From a virus (Duplodnaviria; Caudoviricetes): DNA of 61,804 nt. This document shows, in pieces, positions 45,705 to 55,917 of the stretch. Under the pieces are notes generated by a model that saw nothing but the letters and a program-made list of their open reading frames with translations, did not search any database and was not told the origin of the DNA. Positions within the stretch are counted from its first letter, which is position 1; each line of letters starts with the position of its first letter. The DNA is taken from positions 1 to 61,804 of the IMG/VR virus record IMGVR_UViG_3300047392_000043. One strand, given 5' to 3'. Both the position numbers and the translations under genes were made by a program.

Positions 45705-46604
45705 TTACCACTTACGGCAAGACCAGTAACGTGCTTTTGTACGTGGCCCTGGATTGTCACAGTTGTGACGAGCACGGAAACTGCGACGAGCCGCTGGATT
45801 GCTCTTACGAATCTTCATATCTGGATCGCCAAAGTTTACTTTTTTAACGTTGCCAGTACTAGGATCTTTTACATAGACTTTGAACTTTTTAACGTCACCT
45901 TGCATTGGTTTGCCAAGCGGAACAGAGCGGCCTTGATATTCGGCTTCGTCTAGCTGTTCATCTTCATTGTACCACAATTCGCCGTAAGCTTCAAAGAACT
46001 CGTCACCGTCATAAGTTTCTTCTAAATTTGACATTCTATCCCAAGCACGATCAGCAGTTTCTTTGTTTTTCTTAGCATACTTAGGATCAGTATCTGCTTT
46101 CTTAGACACTACTCTGTCCACGGCACGTTTCTGAACCTTGGTCAACATCTTCTGACCCTTGTCAGTATCGCCGTATTCTTCCAATGAGTCTTCTTTGACG
46201 CAGTTATTGACTTTGACTCCGCCTTTGATCTTAGTGCCATCCTTCTTATAACCATCCCAGCATTTGGGATCTAAACGTTGCTTTTCTTCCGCCACACCTT
46301 GCTCTACGCTTTCGACGAACTTTGACATAATATTTCTTGGTAGAGTCAAATCATATTTCATTAACCATTTGTTAATGTAGCGAGGATTTGCATCTGCTAA
46401 ACTACGCTTGGTACCATCTGGTGCCTGTACTATTACAGTGATAACACCATTTCTATCTTCTGCAGACAGTAACTTGCTAGCATTTTCGTTTAAGTAGCTT
46501 TCACTTACTTTTCTAGTCTGCTTAGGACCTTTACGAGTCTTCCACTTTTTATCTGTACTACAATAGTATCGGCCGTAGCCTTCTGCGATGTCTTGTATTT
46601 TCAT
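45705..46604 (-). CDS. modular putative virion protein
   Basis: MKIQDIAE start; CWDGYKK..TK.KGG..VNNCV module; C-terminal KKVNFGD...SFRARHNC...ARYWSC. Confidence 0.7.
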   Translation of the reverse strand: MKIQDIAEGYGRYYCSTDKKWKTRKGPKQTRKVSESYLNENASKLLSAEDRNGVITVIVQAPDGTKRSLADANPRYINKWLMKYDLTLPRNIMSKFVESVEQGVAEEKQRLDPKCWDGYKKDGTKIKGGVKVNNCVKEDSLEEYGDTDKGQKMLTKVQKRAVDRVVSKKADTDPKYAKKNKETADRAWDRMSNLEETYDGDEFFEAYGELWYNEDEQLDEAEYQGRSVPLGKPMQGDVKKFKVYVKDPSTGNVKKVNFGDPDMKIRKSNPAARRSFRARHNCDNPGPRTKARYWSCRKW

Positions 46605-46605
46605 A

Positions 46606-48627
46606 TTATCTCATTTCTGGGACTACAGAAACTTCAGTTCCATGTCCGTATCCATTTCGTGTTAGCCATTGGATTGCAAATCTATTTGCATCACTTTGAT
46701 TGTTTCCAATGCCGCCAAAAGAATGTAGCACACGATCACTGCCATCTTTAATTAGCCATTGGCCAGTCCATTCGCCTGTACCAGTTGTACTCGACGAAGC
46801 TTCGGCACGCTCTTGACCAACAGCACGATTCAATCTAAAATCAGCACGTTCTAAGCCATTATCAGCTAACCATTGACGAGCAACAATGTTGGCATCTGAA
46901 TCGCTGTCGGCGTTAAATGACACTACGGTTTCATTGTCAGTTGCTCGTTGTATTTCGTACTTTTGATTTCCTGTACTCGGAATAGTTGTGTATGCTTTTG
47001 CATCGCCACCTTTTTTACTCTTACGCTCTAATTGTGCCTGACGAACAAAGCTCTTTAGTGCGGCCTTAGGCATGGCACCAGCCGCATATTGTGCAAAGTA
47101 AGCTAATGTGTCGTTATGAGTCTTTGGTTGTAAAATAGCATACAACTTCTTTAGGTATTCTTGTTTGTACTTTTCTGGATCTACTGCGGCATCTAATGCT
47201 ACAACGAAACGTAGCAAGGTATTAGTAATAGAACCAGGATCGGACGCATACTCACCCAACCAGTCACCGCCAGGTGAGCGGAATTCAATATAGCCATCCT
47301 TTGTATTGATACTTGTATATTTGCTTGTGACACCAGAGTGGATTGCTTTACTTGCAAGACCGTCTAAACCAGTTTTCATCTTTTGCAGTAATGCACCTGC
47401 ATCTTCAGGACGTTGCGACACACGATTTTTAATTTCGTTCATTGCACTTTTGCAATAGGTATTGCCAGCACGACCAAACTTGTCTAAGATATAGTTGTCT
47501 CCTAATAACAATGCTAACTTAACATAGTCTAACTTGCCCACATCACCGCTCCAACCTTCAACGCTAACGTTAATGTGCAAGCCAGTTGAGTCGTTTGTGT
47601 AGCAGCCATAACGTCCTGCCCACTTGGCAACTTTGTCGAGATCGCTTAACAATTCAGCAATAGGTAATGCTGGGCTCACAAACTCTAAGCCAGCATCGTT
47701 GCTGTCGTCTGCTTCCAAGCTACCGTCGGGCTCTACGATATAGTGCGAGTTGTTGGCACCTGGACGTTCTACCCCGCCAGAGTGATAAGAGCCACTTGCT
47801 TTAACACTACGTCCAACTGCGTCAGCAAAGTCAGACGCAACTTCTTCTGCACTTACTTCGCCACCACCTTGACTTTGCCAGTAAGGCCAGCTAATGTCAA
47901 ACTCATTTGAGATATCGCTCATATAGCGTAGCCCAGAATCATCTAAGAAATCATCTTCATCAGCAGTGCCTTGATTTTCTTCGCGGTATTCGTCTAGTGC
48001 CGAGTCATACATGTTGCCACGACCTTCCCACTCAGACGTTACTAATTCTTCAAACTCATCGTCAGCCGCACTTTTTGCTTCCATGTAACGATCGTAATTT
48101 TCATCTGCTTCGCGTGCGGCTTGCTGTACATCTAATTTACTATAACGTGGAGCACTATTGCCAGCACTCATTGCGGCTTCAATTTCATCTTCGCCGAGAC
48201 CCTGCGATTCTAAATGCTCGCGAATCTTTTCTTCTTCGTCCCACTCGTTATTGTGGATCCAATCACGTAGATAGTCTTCCCCATCGTTGCCCCAATCGTT
48301 ATCGATCTTTTCTATTTCCCACTCGTAGTAACGCTCACGTAATTGTTCAATTAATCGTTGTACTTCACGACGGCCATTATAGTCACCATCATGGAAGAAT
48401 TCTTCAATATCCCCAAAGCTACGAGTACGTTGATCACTATCGTAATCGGGTTCTAAATCTCCCCCTTCATCGTTTTGTGCATTTGGCACAATCATTTCAA
48501 ATTCCATACCAGCACGGGCATTGATTCGAGAGGCCAACTGCTTTAAGCTAGATGGGCTCATGTTAATTTCGTCTAGCTGTTGTTCGGCTAAAACTGGTTG
48601 TTGGGGGTTGACGTCACGTAATTTCAT
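46606..48627 (-). CDS. putative amidoligase (COOH-NH2 ligase type 2) with an acidic insert
   Basis: GMEFE, DGSL, GLEFVSP, NDSTGLHIN, KYTSIN, IEFRSPG. Confidence 0.8.
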   Translation of the reverse strand: MKLRDVNPQQPVLAEQQLDEINMSPSSLKQLASRINARAGMEFEMIVPNAQNDEGGDLEPDYDSDQRTRSFGDIEEFFHDGDYNGRREVQRLIEQLRERYYEWEIEKIDNDWGNDGEDYLRDWIHNNEWDEEEKIREHLESQGLGEDEIEAAMSAGNSAPRYSKLDVQQAAREADENYDRYMEAKSAADDEFEELVTSEWEGRGNMYDSALDEYREENQGTADEDDFLDDSGLRYMSDISNEFDISWPYWQSQGGGEVSAEEVASDFADAVGRSVKASGSYHSGGVERPGANNSHYIVEPDGSLEADDSNDAGLEFVSPALPIAELLSDLDKVAKWAGRYGCYTNDSTGLHINVSVEGWSGDVGKLDYVKLALLLGDNYILDKFGRAGNTYCKSAMNEIKNRVSQRPEDAGALLQKMKTGLDGLASKAIHSGVTSKYTSINTKDGYIEFRSPGGDWLGEYASDPGSITNTLLRFVVALDAAVDPEKYKQEYLKKLYAILQPKTHNDTLAYFAQYAAGAMPKAALKSFVRQAQLERKSKKGGDAKAYTTIPSTGNQKYEIQRATDNETVVSFNADSDSDANIVARQWLADNGLERADFRLNRAVGQERAEASSSTTGTGEWTGQWLIKDGSDRVLHSFGGIGNNQSDANRFAIQWLTRNGYGHGTEVSVVPEMR

Positions 48628-48634
48628 AGTAACG

Positions 48635-48642
48635 TATTTATA
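48635..48642 (-). promoter_or_regulatory. T4-type late promoter TATAAATA
   Basis: Exact T4 late consensus, 7 nt upstream of the amidoligase ATG. Confidence 0.75.
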
Positions 48643-48655
48643 CTTTGTATTGGTG

Positions 48656-49801
48656 TTATTGTCCTTGCTGGACTTGGATGGCAGTACAACCGCCTGCTGT
48701 GGCACATGTATGCGTGATACTGTAGAATTGCTGGGTTGATCCAGACTGACTTAGGCTTAATGAAGTAGGATTACCACTTAAATTAATCTTAGCCATATGA
48801 CCAGCAGAACCTTGCTGTAGTACATCGACTGTTTTGTTGCTACCACTTACTGCAATATCAGCATAGTGACTTCCGTTATCTTTTTGTTGTAGTGTAACTG
48901 TATTAGAGTTGTTATTAACAGTGACAAATGCACCTTTTGATCCACCAGTGCTTTGTTGGGTGATATTTACAGTATTTGAATTGCCAACTACACTTAGCTC
49001 TGTGTAATTTACAGTAGTTGCAGGAGTGCCAGATTGTGTGATATTAACTGTGTTGCTTAATCCGTTACCTGTGTAATCTACATAATTGTTTCTAGTTCCA
49101 GACTGTATCACCTTAACTGTATTGCTGTTGCCAACTTGATCAATATAAACTTGACTATCACCTGTTGTACGTTGTACAAAAGACTGTACTCGTGCTACCT
49201 TGGCAGCATCAGCGTTGAACGGAGTATCAACTGCACCACAGCAATATGTAGGACCAGCAGGCTGTGCAGGCTGTGCAGTTTGCCCTGCGGCAAGAGGCTC
49301 GCTACTTGGCGGTACATAGGCTTGTAACTGAGCATTAGTAGGATAACTGGCAGTAACAGTCCATGACCCACTTTGCCCGTAATTATAACCTTTACCTGTT
49401 GTAATCAGCGTACCCCACATGCCGTTGCCATTGTAAAAGATGGCACCATCAGCTAAGGCTCTAAACGATCCTGTGTTGTTGATTATTTTATATCTAGTAC
49501 CGTCACTGTTAAACACTGCCATACCATACGTGCCGGGATTGGTAGTGCTGTTAAAGAATCCAATGTAACGACCATTAGATGCCGCATCAGCAGTTTGCGC
49601 CGCTGTCCAGCGAGCCGCAGATGTAGTTTGTGTAGCATAATTTACACTAGCATAGATATAGTTAAAACCAGATGCATTTAGTGTGCTGCCAGAAATGTTC
49701 CACTGTACATCAAATATCTGCGCCGTACTTAATTTTAAGTCTAATATACCTGCATAGGCATTTGAGCACAACATCAACAACACAAATAGTAGCTTTTTCA
49801 T
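48656..49801 (-). CDS. secreted curlin-repeat protein (CsgB-like) with an extra N-terminal domain
   Basis: Signal peptide; C-terminal I-x-Q-x-G-x-x-N repeats (IDQVGNSN, VIQSGTRNN, ITQSG, LQQGS). Confidence 0.75.
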   Translation of the reverse strand: MKKLLFVLLMLCSNAYAGILDLKLSTAQIFDVQWNISGSTLNASGFNYIYASVNYATQTTSAARWTAAQTADAASNGRYIGFFNSTTNPGTYGMAVFNSDGTRYKIINNTGSFRALADGAIFYNGNGMWGTLITTGKGYNYGQSGSWTVTASYPTNAQLQAYVPPSSEPLAAGQTAQPAQPAGPTYCCGAVDTPFNADAAKVARVQSFVQRTTGDSQVYIDQVGNSNTVKVIQSGTRNNYVDYTGNGLSNTVNITQSGTPATTVNYTELSVVGNSNTVNITQQSTGGSKGAFVTVNNNSNTVTLQQKDNGSHYADIAVSGSNKTVDVLQQGSAGHMAKINLSGNPTSLSLSQSGSTQQFYSITHTCATAGGCTAIQVQQGQ

Positions 49802-50901
49802 CTGCGAAGTACTCCGGTGTTTTGTTTGATGTATATGTTGTTCCCGCCAGGACTACCGTCACCGATGATAATAGAAGCAGGCGAGTCGTCATGTACTATG
49901 GTAATTGATGTGTTTGAAGCATAGCCCTGCGTCTTTACTTCTGCGTAATGTTCATTGACAGTGTCGCGATATGCTACACCCTTACCGCGACTTTGTATGT
50001 CTGCTTCGTTTGGCTGATCCCAACGAACACAAATTGAACGTGCTGGATTACAAGCTGGTGTGCCTGCGGCTTCTAATAGTGCTAGCAACCGTGCATCATC
50101 AATTGCTTGCTGGGCTTCTCGAACACGTTGGGCCAATCGTCTTTGAGCTTCGGATTCAATTTCAGCATCCTCTTCTTCTTTTTTAGTTTTACCGGTGGTA
50201 TCCTTAATGGCTTTGCCAATTTCATGCGGCTGACTAATGATCAATAGGTTGTTAATTTTAGCTTCAACTGTATTAAGAACAACAGGAGTAGTTGGTACTA
50301 AACTGGCACTGATAACAAAGGTAGCTTGAAACGCTTCGGTTAGCTCAACTTTGCCAGCGGACGTTTCAACAGTAATAGCACCTACACGACAACGTTGTTC
50401 TTCTAGCTCGTATGTTTTAATGTCTTTGTCTTCTTTGCACGAAGGAAGCAACACAATCAAACTTTGTCCAGCTTCATCTACTGTCATTGAAAAGTCAGTG
50501 CCGCGAACTGCAATGTTTGCAGTTGGTGTTGTAATTGCTACACGCTGTGGATTTTGTTTTGCAATTTGACCGCTTGCATAACGTACTGTACCCATACCAA
50601 CTCGCATTGCCAACTTACCTGCATCGCTTGCTTTAGGATCAAAGACAAAGTCGTCGATGACTAGACGACTGTTTTCTGTTACTTTTACTCGGGTATCATC
50701 AATGAATGTGATATTGCTTTCACACTTTTTGGTAATATAAGTGTCCATGCTTTCAACGCCCGAACCTTTAACACCTGCCAATTCTTTCTTGTTACGTTCA
50801 ATTGAACATGCCGTGCCTTTAGTCTCAGCAACTGTGCCAATGCTGGCTGCTGCCGTTGTTGTTCCTATTGCAGCCAACAAAAAGGCAAGCACGAATTTCA
50901 T
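49798..50901 (-). CDS. secreted FecR-domain protein
   Basis: Signal peptide; ITFIDDTRVKVTENS, TTPTANIAVRGTDF. Confidence 0.85.
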   Translation of the reverse strand: MKFVLAFLLAAIGTTTAAASIGTVAETKGTACSIERNKKELAGVKGSGVESMDTYITKKCESNITFIDDTRVKVTENSRLVIDDFVFDPKASDAGKLAMRVGMGTVRYASGQIAKQNPQRVAITTPTANIAVRGTDFSMTVDEAGQSLIVLLPSCKEDKDIKTYELEEQRCRVGAITVETSAGKVELTEAFQATFVISASLVPTTPVVLNTVEAKINNLLIISQPHEIGKAIKDTTGKTKKEEEDAEIESEAQRRLAQRVREAQQAIDDARLLALLEAAGTPACNPARSICVRWDQPNEADIQSRGKGVAYRDTVNEHYAEVKTQGYASNTSITIVHDDSPASIIIGDGSPGGNNIYIKQNTGVLRR

Positions 50902-50906
50902 AGTGC

Positions 50907-51698
50907 TTACCTTGGAATTGCTGAGACTGGATTGACGATTGCCGCAGAGCTACTTCTAACAGTGATAGTATTGTTACTACCATTGGTTGCAATGTTAATA
51001 GTTGTATCATTGAAACCTTGCTGTTGAGTAGTGATAGAGTTGTAATCACCAGTTGTATTCATTGTTAGCTTGTGACCGTTTGCACCTGCTGTATCAATTT
51101 GCTGACTATTGAATACGTTGCTGTTGCCTACTACAGTATTTGTTACAGTACCATTGCTACTCTTTAACTCGTTAGTAACTTGGTTAGAGTTGCCTGTAAT
51201 TGTATTTGTACTGTTTATGTTATTACCAACGACAGTTTGAATAATAGTGTTGCTGTCGCCTGTGATAGTTTCAGTTACATTTGACTGAGTAGTATTTGTA
51301 TTTGCATCACCCATTGTTAAGTTAGTTTGGTTGGTATTACCGCTAACTGTTGATGTGTATGTGTTTTGACTACCTTTAATGTTGTACTGTGCAGAGTTTG
51401 CATTACCAGTTTGTGTAATAGCAAGAGTGTTGCTACTACCAGTAATAGTACCATAGTTAGTAGTACCTGGCGCAACCGCAACCAAAGTGGTAACACCAGT
51501 ATTGGCAACTGTAGTAGTGTTGGCTGTACCACCAACAGTATTTGTGCCACCTACTTGCTCAATAGTGATAGTGTTACTATTACCAACTTGTTCAATATAT
51601 ACGCTATTTGGTCCAGTGGCAGTACCAGTAGCATGTGCAACAAGGGATGATACTGCTATCGCTGTTGCAACCGCGCTTTTCATAAATTTACGGTTCAT
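50907..51698 (-). CDS. curlin-repeat protein (CsgA-like major subunit)
   Basis: Signal peptide ending AHA; N/T/G/Q-rich repeats (IEQVGNSN, ITQTGNAN, ITGDSN, QQQGFND). Confidence 0.75.
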   Translation of the reverse strand: MNRKFMKSAVATAIAVSSLVAHATGTATGPNSVYIEQVGNSNTITIEQVGGTNTVGGTANTTTVANTGVTTLVAVAPGTTNYGTITGSSNTLAITQTGNANSAQYNIKGSQNTYTSTVSGNTNQTNLTMGDANTNTTQSNVTETITGDSNTIIQTVVGNNINSTNTITGNSNQVTNELKSSNGTVTNTVVGNSNVFNSQQIDTAGANGHKLTMNTTGDYNSITTQQQGFNDTTINIATNGSNNTITVRSSSAAIVNPVSAIPR

Positions 51699-51833
51699 AT
51701 TTTCAACATAGTTGGTTACATTTCCCAACTAAGCTCCCTGGGCTTTGCCCGTTATATAATATTTAAACTAACTCTTTCCAAAATTAACATACGCTGTTAA
51801 ATTTTTTACATGTTAATATTTTTACAGTGTAAA

Positions 51834-52679
51834 TTATTTTACAGTAACAGGCTTTTCTTCTACGAATGCCCAATGCCCTTTACGAGCACCTTCCTTGATA
51901 GTATTAACAACTGCGGCTTGTACTGCAACATCAACTGCTTTGTTGATACTTTCATTTATACTACCACCAAATTCGCCTTCTACTGCCTTGGTGCCTGCAC
52001 CTAAAGGTGTGCCATCATCCATAAAACGTAGAACTGTAATCTTATCCATATAACTTAAAACAGTCTTAGTAACGGTGACTGTTGTTAAAATTTCCCCTGT
52101 GCTAACGCTAACTGTTCTTAATGTAACTGTTACTGTATCGCTTTGGTATTGTGTGCTAGCACCAATACCAAATAGTCGCATACCGTTGCCACCTGTAATA
52201 GTGTTGCTGTCATAGCCAACAATGCCACCTTCTACAATTACACCTGCAAATAACATTGGAGGCAACGGAGTAGCATCTTTGCCCTGATACTGTTCGCGCA
52301 TGGAACGAATCATTTGGCGCTCTTTGATTAGGTTCTCTAAGCCAACACGTTCTACAACACGGAACCAGCGAGCATTGCCAACTTCCTGTAGAGATTTGAT
52401 TAGATAGTTTTCTGCACCCTGTGTCACTGCTGAACTTAAACTGGCAATGTTTGGCAAGCTCTTACGCTGACCAGTCATATCTCTAAAGCCATATACGGCA
52501 ATTGTAATTGGGCCACCTGCTGGAGGTGCTAATCGATTCTCGTCAGTTTTAAGATACTTGCTGTTTTCTACCACTGGAGCATCAAATTGATCACCTGTTA
52601 GCTTTTCACGAATGGCACTGCCAGTTGCACATCCACCTAATAAACTTACTACTGCCAAGGATACTAATAATCGTTTCAT
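51834..52679 (-). CDS. csgG: curli secretion channel CsgG
   Basis: Lipobox LLGGC; VYGFRDMTGQRK, SSAVTQGA, WFRVVERVGLENLIKERQMIR, EGGIVGYD. Confidence 0.93.
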   Translation of the reverse strand: MKRLLVSLAVVSLLGGCATGSAIREKLTGDQFDAPVVENSKYLKTDENRLAPPAGGPITIAVYGFRDMTGQRKSLPNIASLSSAVTQGAENYLIKSLQEVGNARWFRVVERVGLENLIKERQMIRSMREQYQGKDATPLPPMLFAGVIVEGGIVGYDSNTITGGNGMRLFGIGASTQYQSDTVTVTLRTVSVSTGEILTTVTVTKTVLSYMDKITVLRFMDDGTPLGAGTKAVEGEFGGSINESINKAVDVAVQAAVVNTIKEGARKGHWAFVEEKPVTVK

Positions 52680-52688
52680 GTGCTATCC

Positions 52689-53177
52689 TTAAAATGCGAA
52701 CGTGCCACTTGGCACCTTCATTGTTGTTGTTTGTGCAGGGTTGGTTAGGTTGGTGATTGTAATAATAATCATACCAGTATCGCTACCAGTACCCAACTTC
52801 CACTCAACTGAGTTGCCGGCTAAATCTGGGATACTACCGCACACTGCGCCGGCTGTTGCTACCGTGCAAGTTGGAGCATCAGTTGCACCAAATAAACTGT
52901 CTGTTAGTTGTTTGGCCAACTGTGCATAAATTCTGCTTTGTAGGTTTGCTACAAATTGAGCCTGTGGAGTGTTAGCGGCATCACGTTCTGCTTGTGCTTT
53001 TAATGCGTCAGCTTTGGCAACATTCTTTTCACGTTGCTGATCTTCTAACTGCTTTATTGTTAGAACGTGAGAACTATATCCGACGCCAGAAAAGGACGGA
53101 CTGCTAAAGTTATGTGATAGTTCTGCGCTTACTACAATACTTGGAACAAGCATTGCTAAAATAACTAATTTTTTCAT
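52689..53177 (-). CDS. csgF: curli assembly protein CsgF
   Basis: Signal peptide; ELSHNFSSPSFSG...QFVANLQSRIYAQL; directly upstream of csgG. Confidence 0.85.
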   Translation of the reverse strand: MKKLVILAMLVPSIVVSAELSHNFSSPSFSGVGYSSHVLTIKQLEDQQREKNVAKADALKAQAERDAANTPQAQFVANLQSRIYAQLAKQLTDSLFGATDAPTCTVATAGAVCGSIPDLAGNSVEWKLGTGSDTGMIIITITNLTNPAQTTTMKVPSGTFAF

Positions 53178-53246
53178 AGTAGAAACCCCATTATACCCTA
53201 CTATTTAAAGTAAGGCCATGGTTTTATTAACTACTACTATTGTATA

Positions 53247-54752
53247 TTATTTTAGTGCGCGAAGTGTAGAAGTCGTAGTCATTGCAGGCTTGTCTTTAGG
53301 TACGATCTTCTTAGGCTTGGGTGCGGCAACTACTTCCTCGCCGTCGCTAGGTACATCAGCCTCTTTAGCACCATTCTTAAGAATCTTAAATGTAAAGTTT
53401 CCTTTACCTTGTGTGCTCATGTATGCTTTACTAGCATCAAGTAAAACGCCTGTAACAGTTTCACTTGGATACACAGCATTAAAGCTGTCAATGCTGATTG
53501 TGTCCTTAGTTTCAGAACAATTTGTGTACATTTGTACCAGGGCAGAGTGGTTTAAAATGTCAGAAGCGGCTTTACCAAAGTTTGTATTTTCATTTACATA
53601 GTCAGCAACTTTATAAGCAATAGCACTAATCATGTGTTCCATTGGAATAATAACACGCATGTCACGTGCCTTACGTCCATTGTACAATGCTTCTAACTTT
53701 GTGTGACCTTGCCAATCAATTTGATCGTCGGGCCCGTACTTCTTTAATGTCATTGCAAATGTAGCATCTTCAGGACTAATCATCTTGTAGTCTACTGCTA
53801 ACTTTAGCGGAGCACCAAAGTGACCTTTGGCATCAATGTCCTTTAAAATTTCAACAACTACCTTGTGCTTTTCAAGTAAAGCCGCGCCTTTAGGAGCAAC
53901 TTTTAATTCGTTAATACTCTTAAGCAAGTTTACAACTGAAGCACTTGCGCCGCTTGCACCCTTACTTGATAACTTAATCTGCTTGCCTTGAGGATTAACG
54001 ATTAGACTATCATACAAGCCACCTGTTACGCTGTTGTTAAAGCTAATAGTACAGTCGTTGTATCCACCCTTGCCAAAGAAAATCTCAGCGGCTTCGCCTG
54101 CGTTACCTTTGATAGGCTTGTCCATTAACAGTGCCAATGGTTGTAGCATTTCGCAGAAATAATCGCGGAACGCTGTCATGTTCATGTTGCCCTTAGGGAA
54201 TGTAATAGGAAACTTGTTGGCAGTTAAGAATGCATTAAGCGCAACAACTTCGTTGCTGCCTTGTCCAAATTTGGCAATGATTTGGCGCGAGATAGAATCT
54301 ACATCATTGTTTTGGAACTGTGTTAGTACTTCACTTGGCTTGTAGCCAGTGTTTTCTTTTTGTCCTGCTTTGCTTTGGTACTTAAAGCCGCCAGGAATAT
54401 CATTGTGTTGCCAATCGTTTTGGATACGGTTAGCAGAGATTGTTTTGTAGTAGCGACCTAAGTAGTACGCTTTCTTGTCAGCATCGGTAAACGTAGCAAT
54501 GGCAAATGCCAATGTACCAGAGTTTGACTTGTTGGTCCAATGAATATTCTTGCCCTTTGTTTGAGCGTCAATTTCTGCTTGCATTTCTTCAGCAGAAGTA
54601 AATTGCCCACGCTCAGGAAAGAAGTCTAAACTTTGAAATGTAATAACATCGCCTTGGGGATTTTTAAATTGCTCGCCAGGAATTCGAGCAGCCAAGCCGC
54701 GTCCCTCAATCAATACTTCAATTCTAGTTTCAAATATATGACGTAATAACAT
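53247..54752 (-). CDS. putative virion-associated protein with a PD-(D/E)xK-like motif
   Basis: MLLRHIFE start; YFCEML...GLYDSLI...IKLSSKG. Confidence 0.5.
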   Translation of the reverse strand: MLLRHIFETRIEVLIEGRGLAARIPGEQFKNPQGDVITFQSLDFFPERGQFTSAEEMQAEIDAQTKGKNIHWTNKSNSGTLAFAIATFTDADKKAYYLGRYYKTISANRIQNDWQHNDIPGGFKYQSKAGQKENTGYKPSEVLTQFQNNDVDSISRQIIAKFGQGSNEVVALNAFLTANKFPITFPKGNMNMTAFRDYFCEMLQPLALLMDKPIKGNAGEAAEIFFGKGGYNDCTISFNNSVTGGLYDSLIVNPQGKQIKLSSKGASGASASVVNLLKSINELKVAPKGAALLEKHKVVVEILKDIDAKGHFGAPLKLAVDYKMISPEDATFAMTLKKYGPDDQIDWQGHTKLEALYNGRKARDMRVIIPMEHMISAIAYKVADYVNENTNFGKAASDILNHSALVQMYTNCSETKDTISIDSFNAVYPSETVTGVLLDASKAYMSTQGKGNFTFKILKNGAKEADVPSDGEEVVAAPKPKKIVPKDKPAMTTTSTLRALK

Positions 54753-54753
54753 T

Positions 54754-55569
54754 TTAAATTTCAACCCCGTCACGACCCAAAGTTTCTCTAGCATCTGCTA
54801 TTAACGCTTCGCGCTCGGGATTATTTTCTAGTGCTTTAAGTACTGCTTCTACGCTGGTTAAACTAGTACGATCAAAACCATGACCAAATAGCAGTGTAGC
54901 AATGTGATCTGGATCATCGCCGTTATCAACTAACTTCTTAGTTGCACGATCGATAAGACCAACAGTTGGATTCCATGTAAAGCCTTTTACTTTAGCAATG
55001 CTACTTAGCAAGATTTGTTTGTGGGCACCGCGGTACTTACTGTGTGGATCAGAAGCCATTGCAAACTTTGCAAACTCTAAATTTGGTACAAACATAAAGT
55101 CAGTTTGCACATAACCACGTTCTGGGCTACCACCAATTGGTGTTTTAAAGTGTACGCTGATACCAGACTTTCTGATAAATGCTTTTGAATCTTCACCGTG
55201 TTGCGAGCACCATGCACTTAGCTTGGCAACCAATTCTTCTTTGGTAACGCCTGGAGGGATACCAATGTCCAAGTCACCACTTGTAGGAGTCTTACCAGTG
55301 GTACCTAATGCGTGTTCAAAATGTGGAATGCCTGTAATTTTTTCAAGAAAGCGGATAGTTGGTTCTACATCAGCTTGGTTAATACGCTGTGTTAGTTCTT
55401 CGCCTTCTGCACTCTTGAAAACATTACCGCCTTCAACGATAATAGTGTTGTCACCGTGATAAAACTCCACGACTGTATTTGTTTCCGTGTTAACACGGGC
55501 CCAACGTCCGTTTACTTGACGTAGGGATTCATATACAGTAACTCGTGGAGTAATATCAGATAAGAACAT
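54754..55569 (-). CDS. Pol-beta-superfamily nucleotidyltransferase-like protein
   Basis: LGTTGK...SGDLDI...VQTDFM; EGGNVF follows a putative processing site. Confidence 0.65.
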   Translation of the reverse strand: MFLSDITPRVTVYESLRQVNGRWARVNTETNTVVEFYHGDNTIIVEGGNVFKSAEGEELTQRINQADVEPTIRFLEKITGIPHFEHALGTTGKTPTSGDLDIGIPPGVTKEELVAKLSAWCSQHGEDSKAFIRKSGISVHFKTPIGGSPERGYVQTDFMFVPNLEFAKFAMASDPHSKYRGAHKQILLSSIAKVKGFTWNPTVGLIDRATKKLVDNGDDPDHIATLLFGHGFDRTSLTSVEAVLKALENNPEREALIADARETLGRDGVEI

Positions 55570-55571
55570 TA

Positions 55572-55826
55572 TTATGCCTTAGGAGCTTTTTTAGCACGTG
55601 GCTTCTTTTCAGCGGCTGGCTTTTTAGCACGTGGCTTCTTGGCTGCTACAACTGGAACTGTAGCATCTGCAACTGGCACAACTTCAACAGCGCCTGCCCC
55701 TTCAACAACTACTACTGTTGCTGGTGGCTCGCCTAATGCAGTAACAGTTGGCGCTTCAACTTTGTACGGCGCTTCTGCGGCCGGTGCGCTACCAAAACCA
55801 AATAGCTTCTTTAAAAATGATAACAT
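55572..55826 (-). CDS. small Ala/Pro/Lys-rich protein with a histone-like tail
   Basis: KKPRAKK occurs twice (20-bp direct repeat at 55588-55607 and 55621-55640). Confidence 0.7.
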   Translation of the reverse strand: MLSFLKKLFGFGSAPAAEAPYKVEAPTVTALGEPPATVVVVEGAGAVEVVPVADATVPVVAAKKPRAKKPAAEKKPRAKKAPKA

Positions 55827-55917
55827 TTCTTTTCCTTTATCGTTGGTTGAGGAATCATCTACAACCGTGTATTATATTTAGTTTTTTGGCTGAACTTATG
55901 CTAGTTCAAAATAACCA

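Noticed and set aside
50907-51698. DNA tandem repeat or CRISPR-like pattern
   Set aside because: The periodicity is explained by degenerate curlin protein repeats.
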